This document shows positions 29,439-40,652 of a DNA stretch of 64,000 nucleotides, piece after piece. The stretch is from contig CAXMWX010000001.1 in assembly GCA_963422205.2 (NCBI GenBank), positions 192,001-256,000 of the forward strand, in the 5' to 3' direction. Each line of letters opens with the position of its first letter. Position 1 is the stretch's first letter. The notes beneath the pieces were generated by a model. The model ran no database searches, was not told where the DNA came from, and saw only the letters and a program-made list of their open reading frames with translations. The translations under genes and the position numbers were made by a program. Source of the stretch: Gammaproteobacteria bacterium. Its GTDB lineage: Bacteria; Pseudomonadota; Gammaproteobacteria; Eutrophobiales; Eutrophobiaceae.

Positions 29439-30353
29439 ATGAACAAAGTACGGTTTCATGCCTTTATGGCGAGTTTGATTGTCTGTTTTTGTATAGATTC
29501 TGTCAAGGCTGAACCGGTAGATTACCTGCAAACCCCGTCCGGCCTGTTTGTCTTGTTCGATACCCACAGGCTGTATTACGACTGCCGGGGGGAGGGCAGG
29601 CCCACTGTCCTGATCGATGGCGGCATCGGTGATTCCTCGGCCAACTGGCTTGGCATCCAGCAGGCGGTTGCCCGCCATACCCGGGTGTGCGTGTACGACC
29701 GGGCGGGCTACGGGATGAGCGATGCCGGGCCCGGGCCACGCAGCACCGAGATAATAGTCAGCGAATTACACCGGTTGCTGGCAATCGCCGGACTTAAGCC
29801 GCCCTATGTGCTGGTCGGGCAGTCCTTCGGCGGCTTCACAGCACAGTTATTTGCCAGGCGATATCCAGAGCAGACAGTCGCCCTGGTGTTGGTTGACTCA
29901 TCACATCCTGAACAGGTTGAACGGCTGGCGGCGCTGGACAGCCTGCCGGATGATGAACGGGTCATCATCACCGGCCATGATCCGGATTTATCAGCCAGCC
30001 TGACGCCCCGGCAGCGCCAGTGGAACATCTTGAACACCCGGCGCAAGGCCATTGTCGCGCAGATGGATGAGCTGCGGCATTTCGCCAGGAGTGCAGCGGA
30101 GGTGAGCCAAGCCGGGCCGGTGACCGGCATGCCCGTCATCGTCTTGACCCGGGGGATAGCGCAGCTACCTGAACTGGCCGATGGCCGCTCTATGGAGCAA
30201 GAGTGGCGCTTGATGCAGCGCCAGCTTGTCAGTCAGCATCCGCTGAGCCGGCAGAGAGTGGTGCCAGATGCCGGCCATAATATTCACATGGAACAACCCG
30301 AGGCGGTAAGCCAGGCCATTGTCGAGCTGCTGGATACGCTGGCTGAGCATTAG
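29439..30353 (+). CDS. Alpha/beta hydrolase, probably exported
   Basis: YDRAGYG, GQSFGG nucleophile elbow, AGHNIH; signal-peptide-like N-terminus. Confidence 0.88.
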   Translation: MNKVRFHAFMASLIVCFCIDSVKAEPVDYLQTPSGLFVLFDTHRLYYDCRGEGRPTVLIDGGIGDSSANWLGIQQAVARHTRVCVYDRAGYGMSDAGPGPRSTEIIVSELHRLLAIAGLKPPYVLVGQSFGGFTAQLFARRYPEQTVALVLVDSSHPEQVERLAALDSLPDDERVIITGHDPDLSASLTPRQRQWNILNTRRKAIVAQMDELRHFARSAAEVSQAGPVTGMPVIVLTRGIAQLPELADGRSMEQEWRLMQRQLVSQHPLSRQRVVPDAGHNIHMEQPEAVSQAIVELLDTLAEH

Positions 30354-30392
30354 CTGGCTTTCGCTTGTGCGGGCAGGGCGGGAACGAGTAGT

Positions 30393-31664
30393 ATGAATCC
30401 TGCCATGAGACTGAGACGATGCCTGCCGGGGTTTTTCCTGCTGCTTTTTGCCGGGCAAATTCACGCCGATACAACACCGCATGAGGCGGATGCCACCGCC
30501 CGGCAGACCTTGTCTCGCTACCAGAAATTGCAGGTGCAGACGGCCGCAGTACATGGGGTCTATGATGTGGCGAATCTGGAGCTGCTCATCCGCATCGGTC
30601 AGCTACAGCAGTCACTGGGCCAACACCCCGATGCCATCACGGCGTTCTCGCAGGCGATACAAATCATCAAGGTCAACAACGGCCTGTATGCCCGCCAGCA
30701 ATTACCGGTGGTGGAGCGGCTGCTTGACAGTCTGCATGTGCTGAACGATGAGCAGGCACTCAGGCGCTATTACGCCTATCTGCTATGGGTCTACAAACGC
30801 CATTATGCTGATGATAACGCCAGCGTGCTGCCCATCATCAAAAGAGTAGGGCAGTGGTATTATGAACTGTACGATTTCAGCCCGCCCGGCAGCGACCTGG
30901 AGCCGTTGGTGGCGGCGGACAGCTTGTACGATGAGGCCTTGGCGTTCACAGAGGCGGGGCTGGATGACAGGGTCATGCTGCTGTACCGCCGGGCGCTGGT
31001 CAATTACCGTCTGGCCGAGGCCGTGATGGATCATACATTCTCCCATCGTGAAATTCGTGCCGCCATGCTGGCACATAAACGCAGCTCGCCCTATGTGCAT
31101 GAGATTGCGGTCAGGCAGTATTTTTTCGATCAGAGTTTTTTCAAAGCCCGGCGGGCGATTGAGCAGATTATTGCACTCTATGAGCGCAGATTGCCGGACA
31201 GTGCAGTGGCCTATGCCGAGGCGCTGGTGTTTCTGGCGGACGGGCATCATCTGTTGAGGCGCACCTGGAATGCCGATAAGTATTACCGACAAGCCTATGC
31301 TGTGCTGCTGGAGAATCAGGCCGGGGATGAGGCCATCCGGCAGATCTTCGGCAAGCCCGTGCCGATTGACCCCCCGCTGCTGCCGGGCGAGGCCCGGCAG
31401 CAGCCGGCCAGGACAGCGACTTATGTGGATGCCTTGCTTGATGTGCCGGTCAGCGGCTGGCCGACCAATATACGAATCGTGCAGCCAGGCCCAGCCACCA
31501 ACGGCTCGGACAGCGATGATCTGTTACACGCACGTGCCAGGCAGGCCATTGCCGCCCTGCGTTACCGCCCCCGTTATGTCAAGAGTGAAGCCGTGGCCAC
31601 CTCAGATGTGAAATTACGCTTTGTATTTAAGCAGACAACGGCACCAGGGCGGTTACATTTCTGA
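30393..31664 (+). CDS. Exported TPR-like protein with TonB C-terminal-like tail
   Basis: Signal peptide, helical repeats, C-terminal RYRPRYVKSEAV...LRFVF. Confidence 0.6.
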   Translation: MNPAMRLRRCLPGFFLLLFAGQIHADTTPHEADATARQTLSRYQKLQVQTAAVHGVYDVANLELLIRIGQLQQSLGQHPDAITAFSQAIQIIKVNNGLYARQQLPVVERLLDSLHVLNDEQALRRYYAYLLWVYKRHYADDNASVLPIIKRVGQWYYELYDFSPPGSDLEPLVAADSLYDEALAFTEAGLDDRVMLLYRRALVNYRLAEAVMDHTFSHREIRAAMLAHKRSSPYVHEIAVRQYFFDQSFFKARRAIEQIIALYERRLPDSAVAYAEALVFLADGHHLLRRTWNADKYYRQAYAVLLENQAGDEAIRQIFGKPVPIDPPLLPGEARQQPARTATYVDALLDVPVSGWPTNIRIVQPGPATNGSDSDDLLHARARQAIAALRYRPRYVKSEAVATSDVKLRFVFKQTTAPGRLHF

Positions 31665-31757
31665 TTTTCCGGCATTTAACCCCCTCTGCCTTCAATAAAG
31701 TATTGAAAATCATCTCAATACTGCTAGTATTTGCTGAAAATTACGGGGACTGTATAA

Positions 31758-32048
31758 ATGATATTCGGCAAGTTATTCGGTAAGCAGGATGCAGCTCCTG
31801 CTGTAGATGTTGGCGCCCTGAAGCAGCAACTCTCGCAGTTGAAAGGGCAGAATACCAAGCTGATAGAGCATAACAAGATGATGATTGCGGCACTGGAGTT
31901 CTATGCTGACAAAAAAAGCTGGGAGGAAGGGCATAAGTACCGTGATGATGATGATGCCACCATCTTTGCCGATAATTCCGAATCAGCCATCACAGCAGAT
32001 AAGGGCATTGTTGCCCAGCGTGCCTTGGCCACATTAAAAAAGCCGTAA
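31758..32048 (+). CDS. Hypothetical protein with coiled coil
   Basis: 96-aa ORF with upstream GGGGA RBS-like sequence; heptad pattern. Confidence 0.65.
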   Translation: MIFGKLFGKQDAAPAVDVGALKQQLSQLKGQNTKLIEHNKMMIAALEFYADKKSWEEGHKYRDDDDATIFADNSESAITADKGIVAQRALATLKKP

Positions 32049-32319
32049 ATCCGCCACCGGGACGACATCTCTACTGGCATTTTTACATGGGTATCCCGCA
32101 CAGGTATTGTTGGATTTTTTGATCACCCGCCAGCGACCGTGGAACACCATTCAACGGCGCAGCATGTTAATCACAACGCCTTATCACATTTTATCAGACC
32201 AACCGCCTGCCCCGATCTTCCTTAATTATCGTGTTGATTATCGTCTGCACCGGGCCGAGGAGGCGATCAGCCGACTTCCCCCGGATGCAATCCCCTTCAA
32301 CCCCCGTTAATGCCTGTTG

Positions 32320-32940
32320 ATGTCTGCCAACAAGCCGTTCTCACAGGCGTGTGAGAATAATAAATTGCCCATCCTCACAGTGTTGCAGCCCCTCTTTGCC
32401 CACCTTAAAACCGTCCTGGAGATAGGCAGTGGCAGCGGCCAGCATGCCGTTTACTTTGCCGAAGCCATGCCCACCCTGCACTGGCAGACCAGCGATCTGC
32501 CTGAAAACCATGCGGGGATTAAGTTATGGCTGGATGAGTCCGCTCTTGCTAACGTGGGCGCACCGTTGGCATTTGATGTGCGTTCCAGGGTCTGGCCAGC
32601 ACAACAGTACGATGCGGTGTTCACGGCCAACAGCCTGCATATCATGGCATGGGAGTCGGTGCAGTTGATGCTGGGCCGCATTCACCAGGTGACTAATGAG
32701 GCGGGCTATCTGGTCATTTACGGGCCGTTCAATTACGGCAATCACTATACCAGCGAGAGTAATGCGCGGTTTGATCACTGGTTGCAACAGCAAAACCCCG
32801 ATAGCGGGCTTCGGGATTTTGAAGCCGTTGATGACATGATCAAACAGGCCGGCCTGACCCTGCATTTTGATAAAGCCATGCCAGCGAATAACCGGTTGCT
32901 ATGCTGGCAAAAAAATGGCGGCGGCAGCTATGGCAGCTAA
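32320..32940 (+). CDS. DUF938-family SAM-dependent methyltransferase
   Basis: ACENNK, LEIGSGSGQHA, YGPF, SNARFD, MPANN. Confidence 0.9.
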   Translation: MSANKPFSQACENNKLPILTVLQPLFAHLKTVLEIGSGSGQHAVYFAEAMPTLHWQTSDLPENHAGIKLWLDESALANVGAPLAFDVRSRVWPAQQYDAVFTANSLHIMAWESVQLMLGRIHQVTNEAGYLVIYGPFNYGNHYTSESNARFDHWLQQQNPDSGLRDFEAVDDMIKQAGLTLHFDKAMPANNRLLCWQKNGGGSYGS

Positions 32941-33829
32941 ACAGACTGAGAACCCGGATGAGGATTTGGGCTTCAGCAAGGCCTACTGGCAACAGGAGGG
33001 GGGTGGGCAGTGGGCCGAGCATGTCGACCGAATCGAAGCCGTGATGCAGGGGTTAAATGAGGTGTTGGTGGATGCGGCGGCGCCCAAAGCCGGTGAATCC
33101 GTCCTGGATATCGGCTGTGGTGGGGGGTTAACCAGTTTTGCCATAGCGCAGCGTGTCGGTGCTGACGGGCATGTGACCGGCGTGGATGTATCGCCCCGGA
33201 TCCTCGCTGTGGCGAAGCGACGCCATGCTGACCGGCTGCCGGTCAATTTTACCCTGGGCGATGCCGCCACTGCCGATCTTGGCAGGGAAAAATATGATCT
33301 CCTGGTCTCGCGTTTTGGCCTGATGTTTTTTGATGAACCGGTGGCTGCTTTGACCAACATCCGCAAGGCCATGAAAAAGAGCGGACGTCTTGTTGCGATG
33401 GTCTGGCAGGGGCTGGAGGAGAATCCGTGGCTGTCAGAGGCAGCCAAAACCGTTGCCGCCTTGCTGCCAGATGAGGATGGCAAGCAGGAATCCGGCCAGC
33501 AAGCCGAAGAGTATGCCCCCGGCCCGTTTGCCCTGGCTGATCCCGATTTTATCAGGGCCGTATTCAGCGCTGCCGGTTTCTCAAAGGTAGCGCTGGATGA
33601 TCTACACACCCGCATCACGCTGGGGCGTCTGGAATCAGCGGTGCAGTTTTTACTTGACATCGGCCCGGCAGCATCACAGCTACGTGATGCCAGCCCGGCA
33701 CGTATCGACAAAGCCCGTGTTGCACTTGGTCAGCTGTTGCAAGGCTATCAGCAAGGCCAGGACATCGTCATGCCGGCGGCAAGCTGGATAATCCGCGCCA
33801 GTCCCCAGGCATGTCCTCTGGACAGATGA
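32930..33829 (+). CDS. Class I SAM-dependent methyltransferase
   Basis: VLDIGCGGG, SRFGLMFF, PGPFA. Confidence 0.9.
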   Translation: MAAKQTENPDEDLGFSKAYWQQEGGGQWAEHVDRIEAVMQGLNEVLVDAAAPKAGESVLDIGCGGGLTSFAIAQRVGADGHVTGVDVSPRILAVAKRRHADRLPVNFTLGDAATADLGREKYDLLVSRFGLMFFDEPVAALTNIRKAMKKSGRLVAMVWQGLEENPWLSEAAKTVAALLPDEDGKQESGQQAEEYAPGPFALADPDFIRAVFSAAGFSKVALDDLHTRITLGRLESAVQFLLDIGPAASQLRDASPARIDKARVALGQLLQGYQQGQDIVMPAASWIIRASPQACPLDR

Positions 33830-35606
33830 GGCCGAGGATAACCCAGCCGGGTTCCGGCTCTATGTTGCCGGTGTCTGTGAATATGTGCAGGCGGTGTTTG
33901 GAATCGAGGCCGAAAAGGGGGGTGCAGCGCTCCCGGTAGTTATACAAATAATCATTGAAGCTGAATGCGTCGCTTAGCTGTGTGGATTTGATTTCTGCCC
34001 CATGGCGCAGCCAGTCGGCCAGTCGGCCATAAGTCGCTGTTGTTCCGAATAAGGCTTGCCCGGAATGGCGGTCTGAAATACGGTGTTTGTCAGCGATATG
34101 ATTTTCACTGCTGGCGGTCAGTTTATAAATATTACTCACCCCGAATTCCGTTGCAAACCGGATACATGCCAGGGCATCAAAGTGAGTGCGGCCGGAGAGC
34201 GCCAGCATGTTGCCAATGCCACTTAAATCAAGATGCACATCGGCATGTTCGGATATCGGGTTGCCGTAATAGCAGTCCAGCCCATCCATGCGCGCTTGGC
34301 GGGTATTCTCCCAGTGACTGTCGGTCAGGATAACCTTGAAATGATTCTCTTGCAGTGCACGGGCTATGGCACGGGCAACATGGCCAGCACCGATAATCAG
34401 AAAACCGGTAGGGGCAGGCTCTCTGACATCCAGCCAGCCGGCCACCACTTTTGCCGTTGCGCTCTGAAACACCACGGTGCCGATGATGATCATAAACGTC
34501 AGCGGCACCAGCAGGGCGGCCTCTTGCTGTCCGGCTTGTTCCAGCCTGAAGGCAAAGATGGCGGCAACCGCCGCAGCGACTATGCCACGGGGGCTGATCC
34601 AGGAGAGCAGGCATTTTTCCTTAAAGCTCAAATCCGAGCCGATTGCCGAGAGAAACACCGCTAACGGCCGGGCGATGAACATCACCAGCAGCAAGACAAA
34701 CAGTGCTGGCCAGCCCAACAGGACAAGCTGGTCAATTTCAATGCGTGCGGCGAGAATGATGAACAGGCCGGAGATGAGTAACAGGCTCAAGCTCTCTTTG
34801 AAATCAAGAGTATCGCTGATGTCGGTATCTTTCATGTTTGCCAGCACCATGCCCATGATGGTAACAGCCAGCAGCCCGGATTCATGGGCAAGCAAATCGG
34901 CGCATACAAATACGGCGGCCACCAGAGTTAAGCTGAAGACATTACGCAAGTATTCAGGGATGAGGCGATGGCGCAGGACATAGCCCAGGGCCAGGGCGCT
35001 GATCGCCCCTGTCGCTAAGCCAACGGCCAGTATCCTGGCGAAGATGATGAGAGCATTCGTGAAGACCGGCGCACCTTGGGTTGCCACGATAAAGTCAAAC
35101 ACCAGCACGGCTAATAAGGCGCCCAGGGGATCAATCACAATGCCCTCCCAGCGCAGGATGCTGGCGATGTTGGCATTCGGCCTCACCGTACGCAACATGG
35201 GCATGATGACTGTTGGCCCGGTAACCACGATGACGGCACCAAACAGCAAGGCCAGCTTAAAATCAAACCCCAGCAGATAGTGCGTGCCAGCAGCGGTTAC
35301 TGACCAGGTAATCAGCGCCCCCAGGGTGAGAAGGTTACGCACCACCCGGCCCAGCCCCCTGATCTCATCCAGCTTCAAGGTCAGGCTGCCTTCAAACAGG
35401 ATGATGGCGACTGAGAGAGAGACGACCGGAAAGAGTAACTCGGCAAATAATACATCCGGCTTCAGCCAGCCTGACACCGGGCCGGCGATGATGCCGGCAA
35501 GCAGCAGAAACAGGATGGCCGGCAGGCGCACCACCCAGGCCAGCCACTGGCACAGGATACCGGCCACACCGATGGCGGCCAGCGAGAATAACACCTCTGC
35601 CTGCAT
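33768..35606 (-). CDS. Cation:proton antiporter (NhaP/CPA1) with C-terminal RCK-like domain
   Basis: ILFEGSL, VTGPTVI, WEGIVIDP, PRGIVAAA, IIGAG. Confidence 0.9.
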   Translation of the reverse strand: MQAEVLFSLAAIGVAGILCQWLAWVVRLPAILFLLLAGIIAGPVSGWLKPDVLFAELLFPVVSLSVAIILFEGSLTLKLDEIRGLGRVVRNLLTLGALITWSVTAAGTHYLLGFDFKLALLFGAVIVVTGPTVIMPMLRTVRPNANIASILRWEGIVIDPLGALLAVLVFDFIVATQGAPVFTNALIIFARILAVGLATGAISALALGYVLRHRLIPEYLRNVFSLTLVAAVFVCADLLAHESGLLAVTIMGMVLANMKDTDISDTLDFKESLSLLLISGLFIILAARIEIDQLVLLGWPALFVLLLVMFIARPLAVFLSAIGSDLSFKEKCLLSWISPRGIVAAAVAAIFAFRLEQAGQQEAALLVPLTFMIIIGTVVFQSATAKVVAGWLDVREPAPTGFLIIGAGHVARAIARALQENHFKVILTDSHWENTRQARMDGLDCYYGNPISEHADVHLDLSGIGNMLALSGRTHFDALACIRFATEFGVSNIYKLTASSENHIADKHRISDRHSGQALFGTTATYGRLADWLRHGAEIKSTQLSDAFSFNDYLYNYRERCTPLFGLDSKHRLHIFTDTGNIEPEPGWVILGLICPEDMPGDWRGLSSLPPA

Positions 35607-35619
35607 GATCTGACGGGCG

Positions 35620-36840
35620 TCAGTCCAGCCGGCTGAATACCAGGCAGGCGTTAGTACCGCCAAAACCGAAGCTGTTCGACATCACCGTGTGCAGCCCGGC
35701 CGTATCAATGCGCGCTCTGACGATGGGCATGTTGGCTGCCTCGGGGTCGAGCTGTTCAATATGCGCCGATTTGCAGATAAAATCCTGTTGCAGCATCAGC
35801 AGGCTGAAGATACTTTCATTGACCCCGGCCGCCCCCAGGGCATGACCGGACAGGGCCTTGGTGGAGCTGATGGGCGGCGATTGCTCGCCGAATACCTGCC
35901 GGATCGCCTGCAATTCCCCGATATCCCCGGCTGGCGTGCTGGTGGCGTGGGCGTTGATATAATCTACCCGGTGCTTGACCGTTGCCAATGCCTGCTGCAT
36001 ACACCGGCTGGCGCCCTCGCCGGAGGGCTTGACCATATCAAACCCGTCTGAACTTGCACCATAGCCGGCCACCTCGGCATAGATGCGCGCCCCCCGTGCC
36101 CTGGCATGTGCGTATTCCTCCAGCACGATGATGCCGCCGCCGCCTGAGATCACGAAGCCATCACGGCTGGCATCAAACGGCCTCGAGGCGGTGGTCGGTG
36201 TCTCGTTATGCCCGGACGATAAGGCACCCATCGCATCAAACAGCAGGGTATCCGTCCAGTGCACCTCATCGCCGCCGCCAGCGAAGATGATCTTCTGCTT
36301 CCCGCTCTGGATGATCTCACAGGCATTACCGATGCAGTGCGCGCTGGTGGCACAGGCCGAGCTGATGGAGTAATTCACGCCCTGAATCTTAAAGGCAACC
36401 GCAAGACAGGCGCTGGCGGTGCTGGCCATAATTCGTGGCACCATGGTCGGGCCGAGTTTACGTGCGCCCCTCTGCCGCAGCGTATCGGTCGCCAGCAGCA
36501 TATTCGCCGTGGAGGTGCCGCCGGAGCCGACGATAAGGCCGATGTCGGGAGCGGAGATAGCCGCCGCATCCAGCCCGGCATCAGCGATGGCATCCTGCAT
36601 GGCAAGATAAGGATAAGCAGCCGCATCGCCCATGAATCGCCTTATTTTTCTGTCGATCAGCGTATCCAGGTCGAGCTGAATCGGCGCATGCAGGTGGGAG
36701 CGAAAGCCCAGCTCGGCATACTCGGGTGCGTAGATAACGCCTGATTTGGCCTGCCGCAGGGACCGGCTCACCTGCTCAAGGCTGGTGCCTATGCTGGATT
36801 TAATCCCCAGGCCGGTAACGACCACTCGTTTTAATGTCAT
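35620..36840 (-). CDS. fabB: Beta-ketoacyl-ACP synthase I
   Basis: [37 protein letters not shown]; downstream of fabA. Confidence 0.95.
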   Translation of the reverse strand: MTLKRVVVTGLGIKSSIGTSLEQVSRSLRQAKSGVIYAPEYAELGFRSHLHAPIQLDLDTLIDRKIRRFMGDAAAYPYLAMQDAIADAGLDAAAISAPDIGLIVGSGGTSTANMLLATDTLRQRGARKLGPTMVPRIMASTASACLAVAFKIQGVNYSISSACATSAHCIGNACEIIQSGKQKIIFAGGGDEVHWTDTLLFDAMGALSSGHNETPTTASRPFDASRDGFVISGGGGIIVLEEYAHARARGARIYAEVAGYGASSDGFDMVKPSGEGASRCMQQALATVKHRVDYINAHATSTPAGDIGELQAIRQVFGEQSPPISSTKALSGHALGAAGVNESIFSLLMLQQDFICKSAHIEQLDPEAANMPIVRARIDTAGLHTVMSNSFGFGGTNACLVFSRLD

Positions 36841-37024
36841 GTTGTTTTCACTTGTGCTTTGATGTATCAGGATTGCGCGCTGTCTTAACCCGTCTCTGCG
36901 GCGGTGTTCGCCCACACGCCAGGCACCGCATCGCCAATACGCCCCCGGTGCGTCTGATGCGCCCGCCGGCGCCCTGGCTGTCTGCCCCTATAATCTTGCC
37001 GTCACAGGCAGGGTCGGATGATCT

Positions 37025-37546
37025 CTAAAACCCATCGGCCTCCTTAAACAGCCCGACCCGCAGATTGCCGGCCATATAGATGGCCTTCCCATCGGCCTGC
37101 AGGATACCATCGGCAACCCCCATGATCAGTTTGCGTGTTATCACTCGCTTGATGTCGATCACGTAGCTGACGACTTTAACATCCGGTGTCACCTGTCCGT
37201 TAAATTTAATACTGCCAGCACCAAGCGCCCGGCCCTTGCCGGCGGCGCCAGTCCAGCCAAGATAAAACCCGACTAACTGCCACATGGCATCCAGCCCCAG
37301 GCAGCCAGGCATGACCGGATCACCTGCAAAATGGCAGTCAAAGAACCACAGATCGGCACGGATATCCAATTCGGCGATGATTTGCCCCTTGCCCGCCCGG
37401 CCGCCGTGATCGTTAATATCAGTGATGCGATCGATCATCAGCATATCCGGCAGGGGCAGCTGCGCGTTGCCCTCGCCAAATAACTGGCCGCGTCCGCAAG
37501 CCAGCAAATCGTCTTTGGTGTAACTGTTTCTTCTCTCATGCTGCAT
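37025..37546 (-). CDS. fabA: 3-hydroxyacyl-ACP dehydratase/isomerase
   Basis: [26 protein letters not shown]. Confidence 0.97.
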   Translation of the reverse strand: MQHERRNSYTKDDLLACGRGQLFGEGNAQLPLPDMLMIDRITDINDHGGRAGKGQIIAELDIRADLWFFDCHFAGDPVMPGCLGLDAMWQLVGFYLGWTGAAGKGRALGAGSIKFNGQVTPDVKVVSYVIDIKRVITRKLIMGVADGILQADGKAIYMAGNLRVGLFKEADGF

Positions 37547-37796
37547 GGGATCAGTATCTCATGTCGTTACGTATTTTTCCTGGCATCATCCTGTGGCCGA
37601 CCGCAGACGGTGATGGGATGATAAGCCGGGCCGGCTGAAAATCGTTGCAGATGGTAATCAACGGGATGGGTTTTCAGCATGAAATACCGGTAAGACCCGA
37701 AATACGGGCAAGCCCCGGCGCAGGCCGAATCGCTGTCCTTGACAGCTATCTGACTGGCGCTAGACTTAATGGCAGCCAAATCACCAGGTAACTTAT

Positions 37797-39023
37797 ATGT
37801 CGGAGACTATGCGGCCCATTGTCAGGCGCAAAAGCATGGCTGTCAATATCGGTGCTGTCACTGTTGGCGGGGCGGCGCCGATCGTGGTGCAATCCATGAC
37901 CAATACGGACACGGCAGATGTGGATGCGACAGTGAAACAGATACAGCAGTTAGCCGCCGCTGGTTCTGAGCTGGTCCGGCTGACGGTCAATAATGAACAG
38001 GCGGCCAGCCAGGTGGCGCCGATTCGCGACAAGCTGGATGCACTGGGCTGTGCTGTTCCGCTGATCGGTGATTTTCACTATAACGGCCATCAGTTGCTCG
38101 GCAAATACCCGGCGTGTGCCGAGGCGCTGGCCAAATACCGCATCAACCCCGGCAATGTCGGGTTTGGCAGAAAAAAAGACAGCCAGTTTGCCAGCATGAT
38201 TGAAACGGCGATTCGGTATGATAAGCCGATCCGAATCGGGGTGAACTGGGGCAGCCTGGATCAGCAGCTGGCCACCCGCATGATGGATGACAATGCAAAG
38301 CTGGCAGTGCCGCTCGATGCTGCTGCCGTCATGCAGGAGGCGCTCATCGTCTCGGCCATCAGCAGCGCAGAGAGGGCTGAACAGATTGGCCTGTCCAGGG
38401 ATCGCATCATCCTCTCATGCAAGGTCAGCGGTGTGCAGAAATTGATCGCAGTCTACCGGACGCTGGCGGTGCGCTGTGAGTATGCCTTGCACCTTGGCCT
38501 GACCGAGGCGGGGATGGGCTCCAAGGGGATCGTGGCCTCCACGGCGGCCCTGGCCGTCCTGTTGCAGGAGGGGATCGGCGATACCATCCGCATTTCCTTA
38601 ACGCCTGAGCCGGGCGGCGATCGTGCCAATGAAGTCCTTGTCGGCCAGCAGATTCTGCAAACCCTGGGCCTGCGCTCATTTACCCCGCTGGTCACCGCCT
38701 GTCCGGGCTGTGGCCGCACGACCAGCACGGTGTTTCAGGAATTGGCGGCCAACATCCAGGGCTATATTCGGACGCAAATGCCGGCCTGGCGGGAAAAATA
38801 CCCCGGTGTTGAAACGCTCAATCTGGCGGTGATGGGCTGTGTGGTCAACGGCCCGGGGGAGAGCAAACATGCCGACATCGGGATCAGCCTGCCAGGCACG
38901 GGCGAATCGCCATCTGCCCCGGTATTTGTCGATGGCAGGAAAGTCACCACACTGAAAGGGGCGACGATCGCTGAGGATTTTCGTGCTATCGTTGATGCGT
39001 ATATCGAACAACGCTTTGCCTGA
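37797..39023 (+). CDS. ispG: HMBPP synthase
   Basis: [47 protein letters not shown]. Confidence 0.97.
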   Translation: MSETMRPIVRRKSMAVNIGAVTVGGAAPIVVQSMTNTDTADVDATVKQIQQLAAAGSELVRLTVNNEQAASQVAPIRDKLDALGCAVPLIGDFHYNGHQLLGKYPACAEALAKYRINPGNVGFGRKKDSQFASMIETAIRYDKPIRIGVNWGSLDQQLATRMMDDNAKLAVPLDAAAVMQEALIVSAISSAERAEQIGLSRDRIILSCKVSGVQKLIAVYRTLAVRCEYALHLGLTEAGMGSKGIVASTAALAVLLQEGIGDTIRISLTPEPGGDRANEVLVGQQILQTLGLRSFTPLVTACPGCGRTTSTVFQELAANIQGYIRTQMPAWREKYPGVETLNLAVMGCVVNGPGESKHADIGISLPGTGESPSAPVFVDGRKVTTLKGATIAEDFRAIVDAYIEQRFA

Positions 39024-39081
39024 CGGGCGGTCTGCCACGGCGACTTGCCGTTTTATGCTGGCGATGGCTACGTGGCCGAAG

Positions 39082-39125
39082 TGTGATCAGAACGTGACCA
39101 AAGTGTAACCAAAATGTAACCATTG
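39082..39125. promoter_or_regulatory. Four 11-bp-phased direct repeats, possible regulator binding array
   Basis: tgtgatcagaa / cgtgaccaaag / tgtaaccaaaa / tgtaaccattg in the intergenic region. Confidence 0.45.
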
Positions 39126-39255
39126 GGGGGCTGCCTGGCGGTTGCTGCTTGCTTATCCTTGCCAAGAGGCGGATGATTAAAGAGCACCTGTTGCCTGCAC
39201 TGTGCAAGCCTGGCTGACAACTGGCTGACAATAAGGGGGGGGCTGGTCAGAACTG

Positions 39256-40446
39256 ATGAATACATTGCGGCGATTGTCAAGCAGTCAAAAAGCCATACAG
39301 CAGGCCTGGCATGAGTTTGTTGTTGATGGTCGTTGTAAAACCCTTCCCCGGGAGCACATTTTACATGCCTGGCAGTGTGCTCGTGAGTGCGGTATCGATC
39401 CCGCCCGGATGCGCGCGCCCACTGTCTATGATGAGCAGCAGATTGAGCAGTTACTGCACACGGAAAATCTGGGTATTGTTGGCCGCAAGGTGCTGGAGAA
39501 GATGTCGGCCGTGGTGGAGGGGACAGGGCATGTGATGGTGCTGGCTGATGATAAAGGCAGGATCGTCTATTCAGTCGGGCATAAGAAAATACAGGGCGAG
39601 TTGGAAAAAATTAATTTCCGCCCCGGCGGTGACTGGTGTCAGTCTGTCGTCGGGCCGAATGGTATCGGCACGCCCCTGGCGCTGGCGCAACCGGAAAATA
39701 TAAACGGCAGCGAGCACTACTGCGCTGGCTGGAAGCCCTGGAACTGTTATGGATCGCCCGTGCATCACCCCGCCGATCATTCGCTGTTAGGCTGTATTGA
39801 TATTACCGGGCCGGTGCATGAATTTCAGTCCCAGGGCATGGCGCTGGTCGTCTCCATCGCCCAGACCATTGAAGCGGAATTGGCCCTACTGCACATGCAG
39901 CAAAGAGAAAAACTGCGGCAGTATTTTTATCATTTTCATCAGCAGCATCCCAACGACAGCGTGATGTTGGTGGATTCATGCGGGCAATTACTGGAACATA
40001 CCAGTGATATGCCCGATCTGCTGGGCTCAGAGCGCATCTCATCTGCACGCAGACAATTCAAACAGCCCTTCCCTGCATTGTGGCGCATCATGCAGACTGT
40101 GATGGAAGCCGGGCATGGCTGTGATGCCGAGATTGCAACCCATCACTATCCTTACCTGGATAAATGTACGCTGTTACCAGTGCAGTGTGATGCTGCCTGT
40201 AGCGCAGCGCTTGTTATCGTCACACGCTCCCCCATCAGCCAGTCCGAGGTCAGGCACACAAGCCCATCACCCATCACGCCGCTGTGTGCCGCACAGGATA
40301 ATCTGCAATCTATCAAAGATGATGTGATCCAGCAGGCACTGGAGAGAAACCGCGGGAATGTCAGCATGGCGGCCAGAGTCTTAGGGATCAATCGCAGCAC
40401 CATCTACCGACGCATGAAGCATCTCGCCAAGCCTTCAGGCCATTAG
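39256..40446 (+). CDS. GAF-domain regulator with Fis-type HTH (AcoR-like sensor, no AAA+ domain)
   Basis: GPNGIGT...EHYC...CYGSPVH...DITGP GAF; C-terminal ALERNRGNVSMAARVLGINRSTIYR. Confidence 0.85.
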   Translation: MNTLRRLSSSQKAIQQAWHEFVVDGRCKTLPREHILHAWQCARECGIDPARMRAPTVYDEQQIEQLLHTENLGIVGRKVLEKMSAVVEGTGHVMVLADDKGRIVYSVGHKKIQGELEKINFRPGGDWCQSVVGPNGIGTPLALAQPENINGSEHYCAGWKPWNCYGSPVHHPADHSLLGCIDITGPVHEFQSQGMALVVSIAQTIEAELALLHMQQREKLRQYFYHFHQQHPNDSVMLVDSCGQLLEHTSDMPDLLGSERISSARRQFKQPFPALWRIMQTVMEAGHGCDAEIATHHYPYLDKCTLLPVQCDAACSAALVIVTRSPISQSEVRHTSPSPITPLCAAQDNLQSIKDDVIQQALERNRGNVSMAARVLGINRSTIYRRMKHLAKPSGH

Positions 40447-40652
40447 ATGCTGTCACAGCATTCGCTTAAATCGCAGAGGTGGATGCTCGGTTTCGTCTTT
40501 ATGCTACAATTCAATACCTTAAAAACCGTGCAGACAACCACACAAGCGAAACAAGCAACACAACCCCAACCCAACCAGCAACGCAGCCATGATAAAAACC
40601 TCAGCACCAACACCACTGCAACAATGAGATGATAACCCCATGAGCCCCCACT

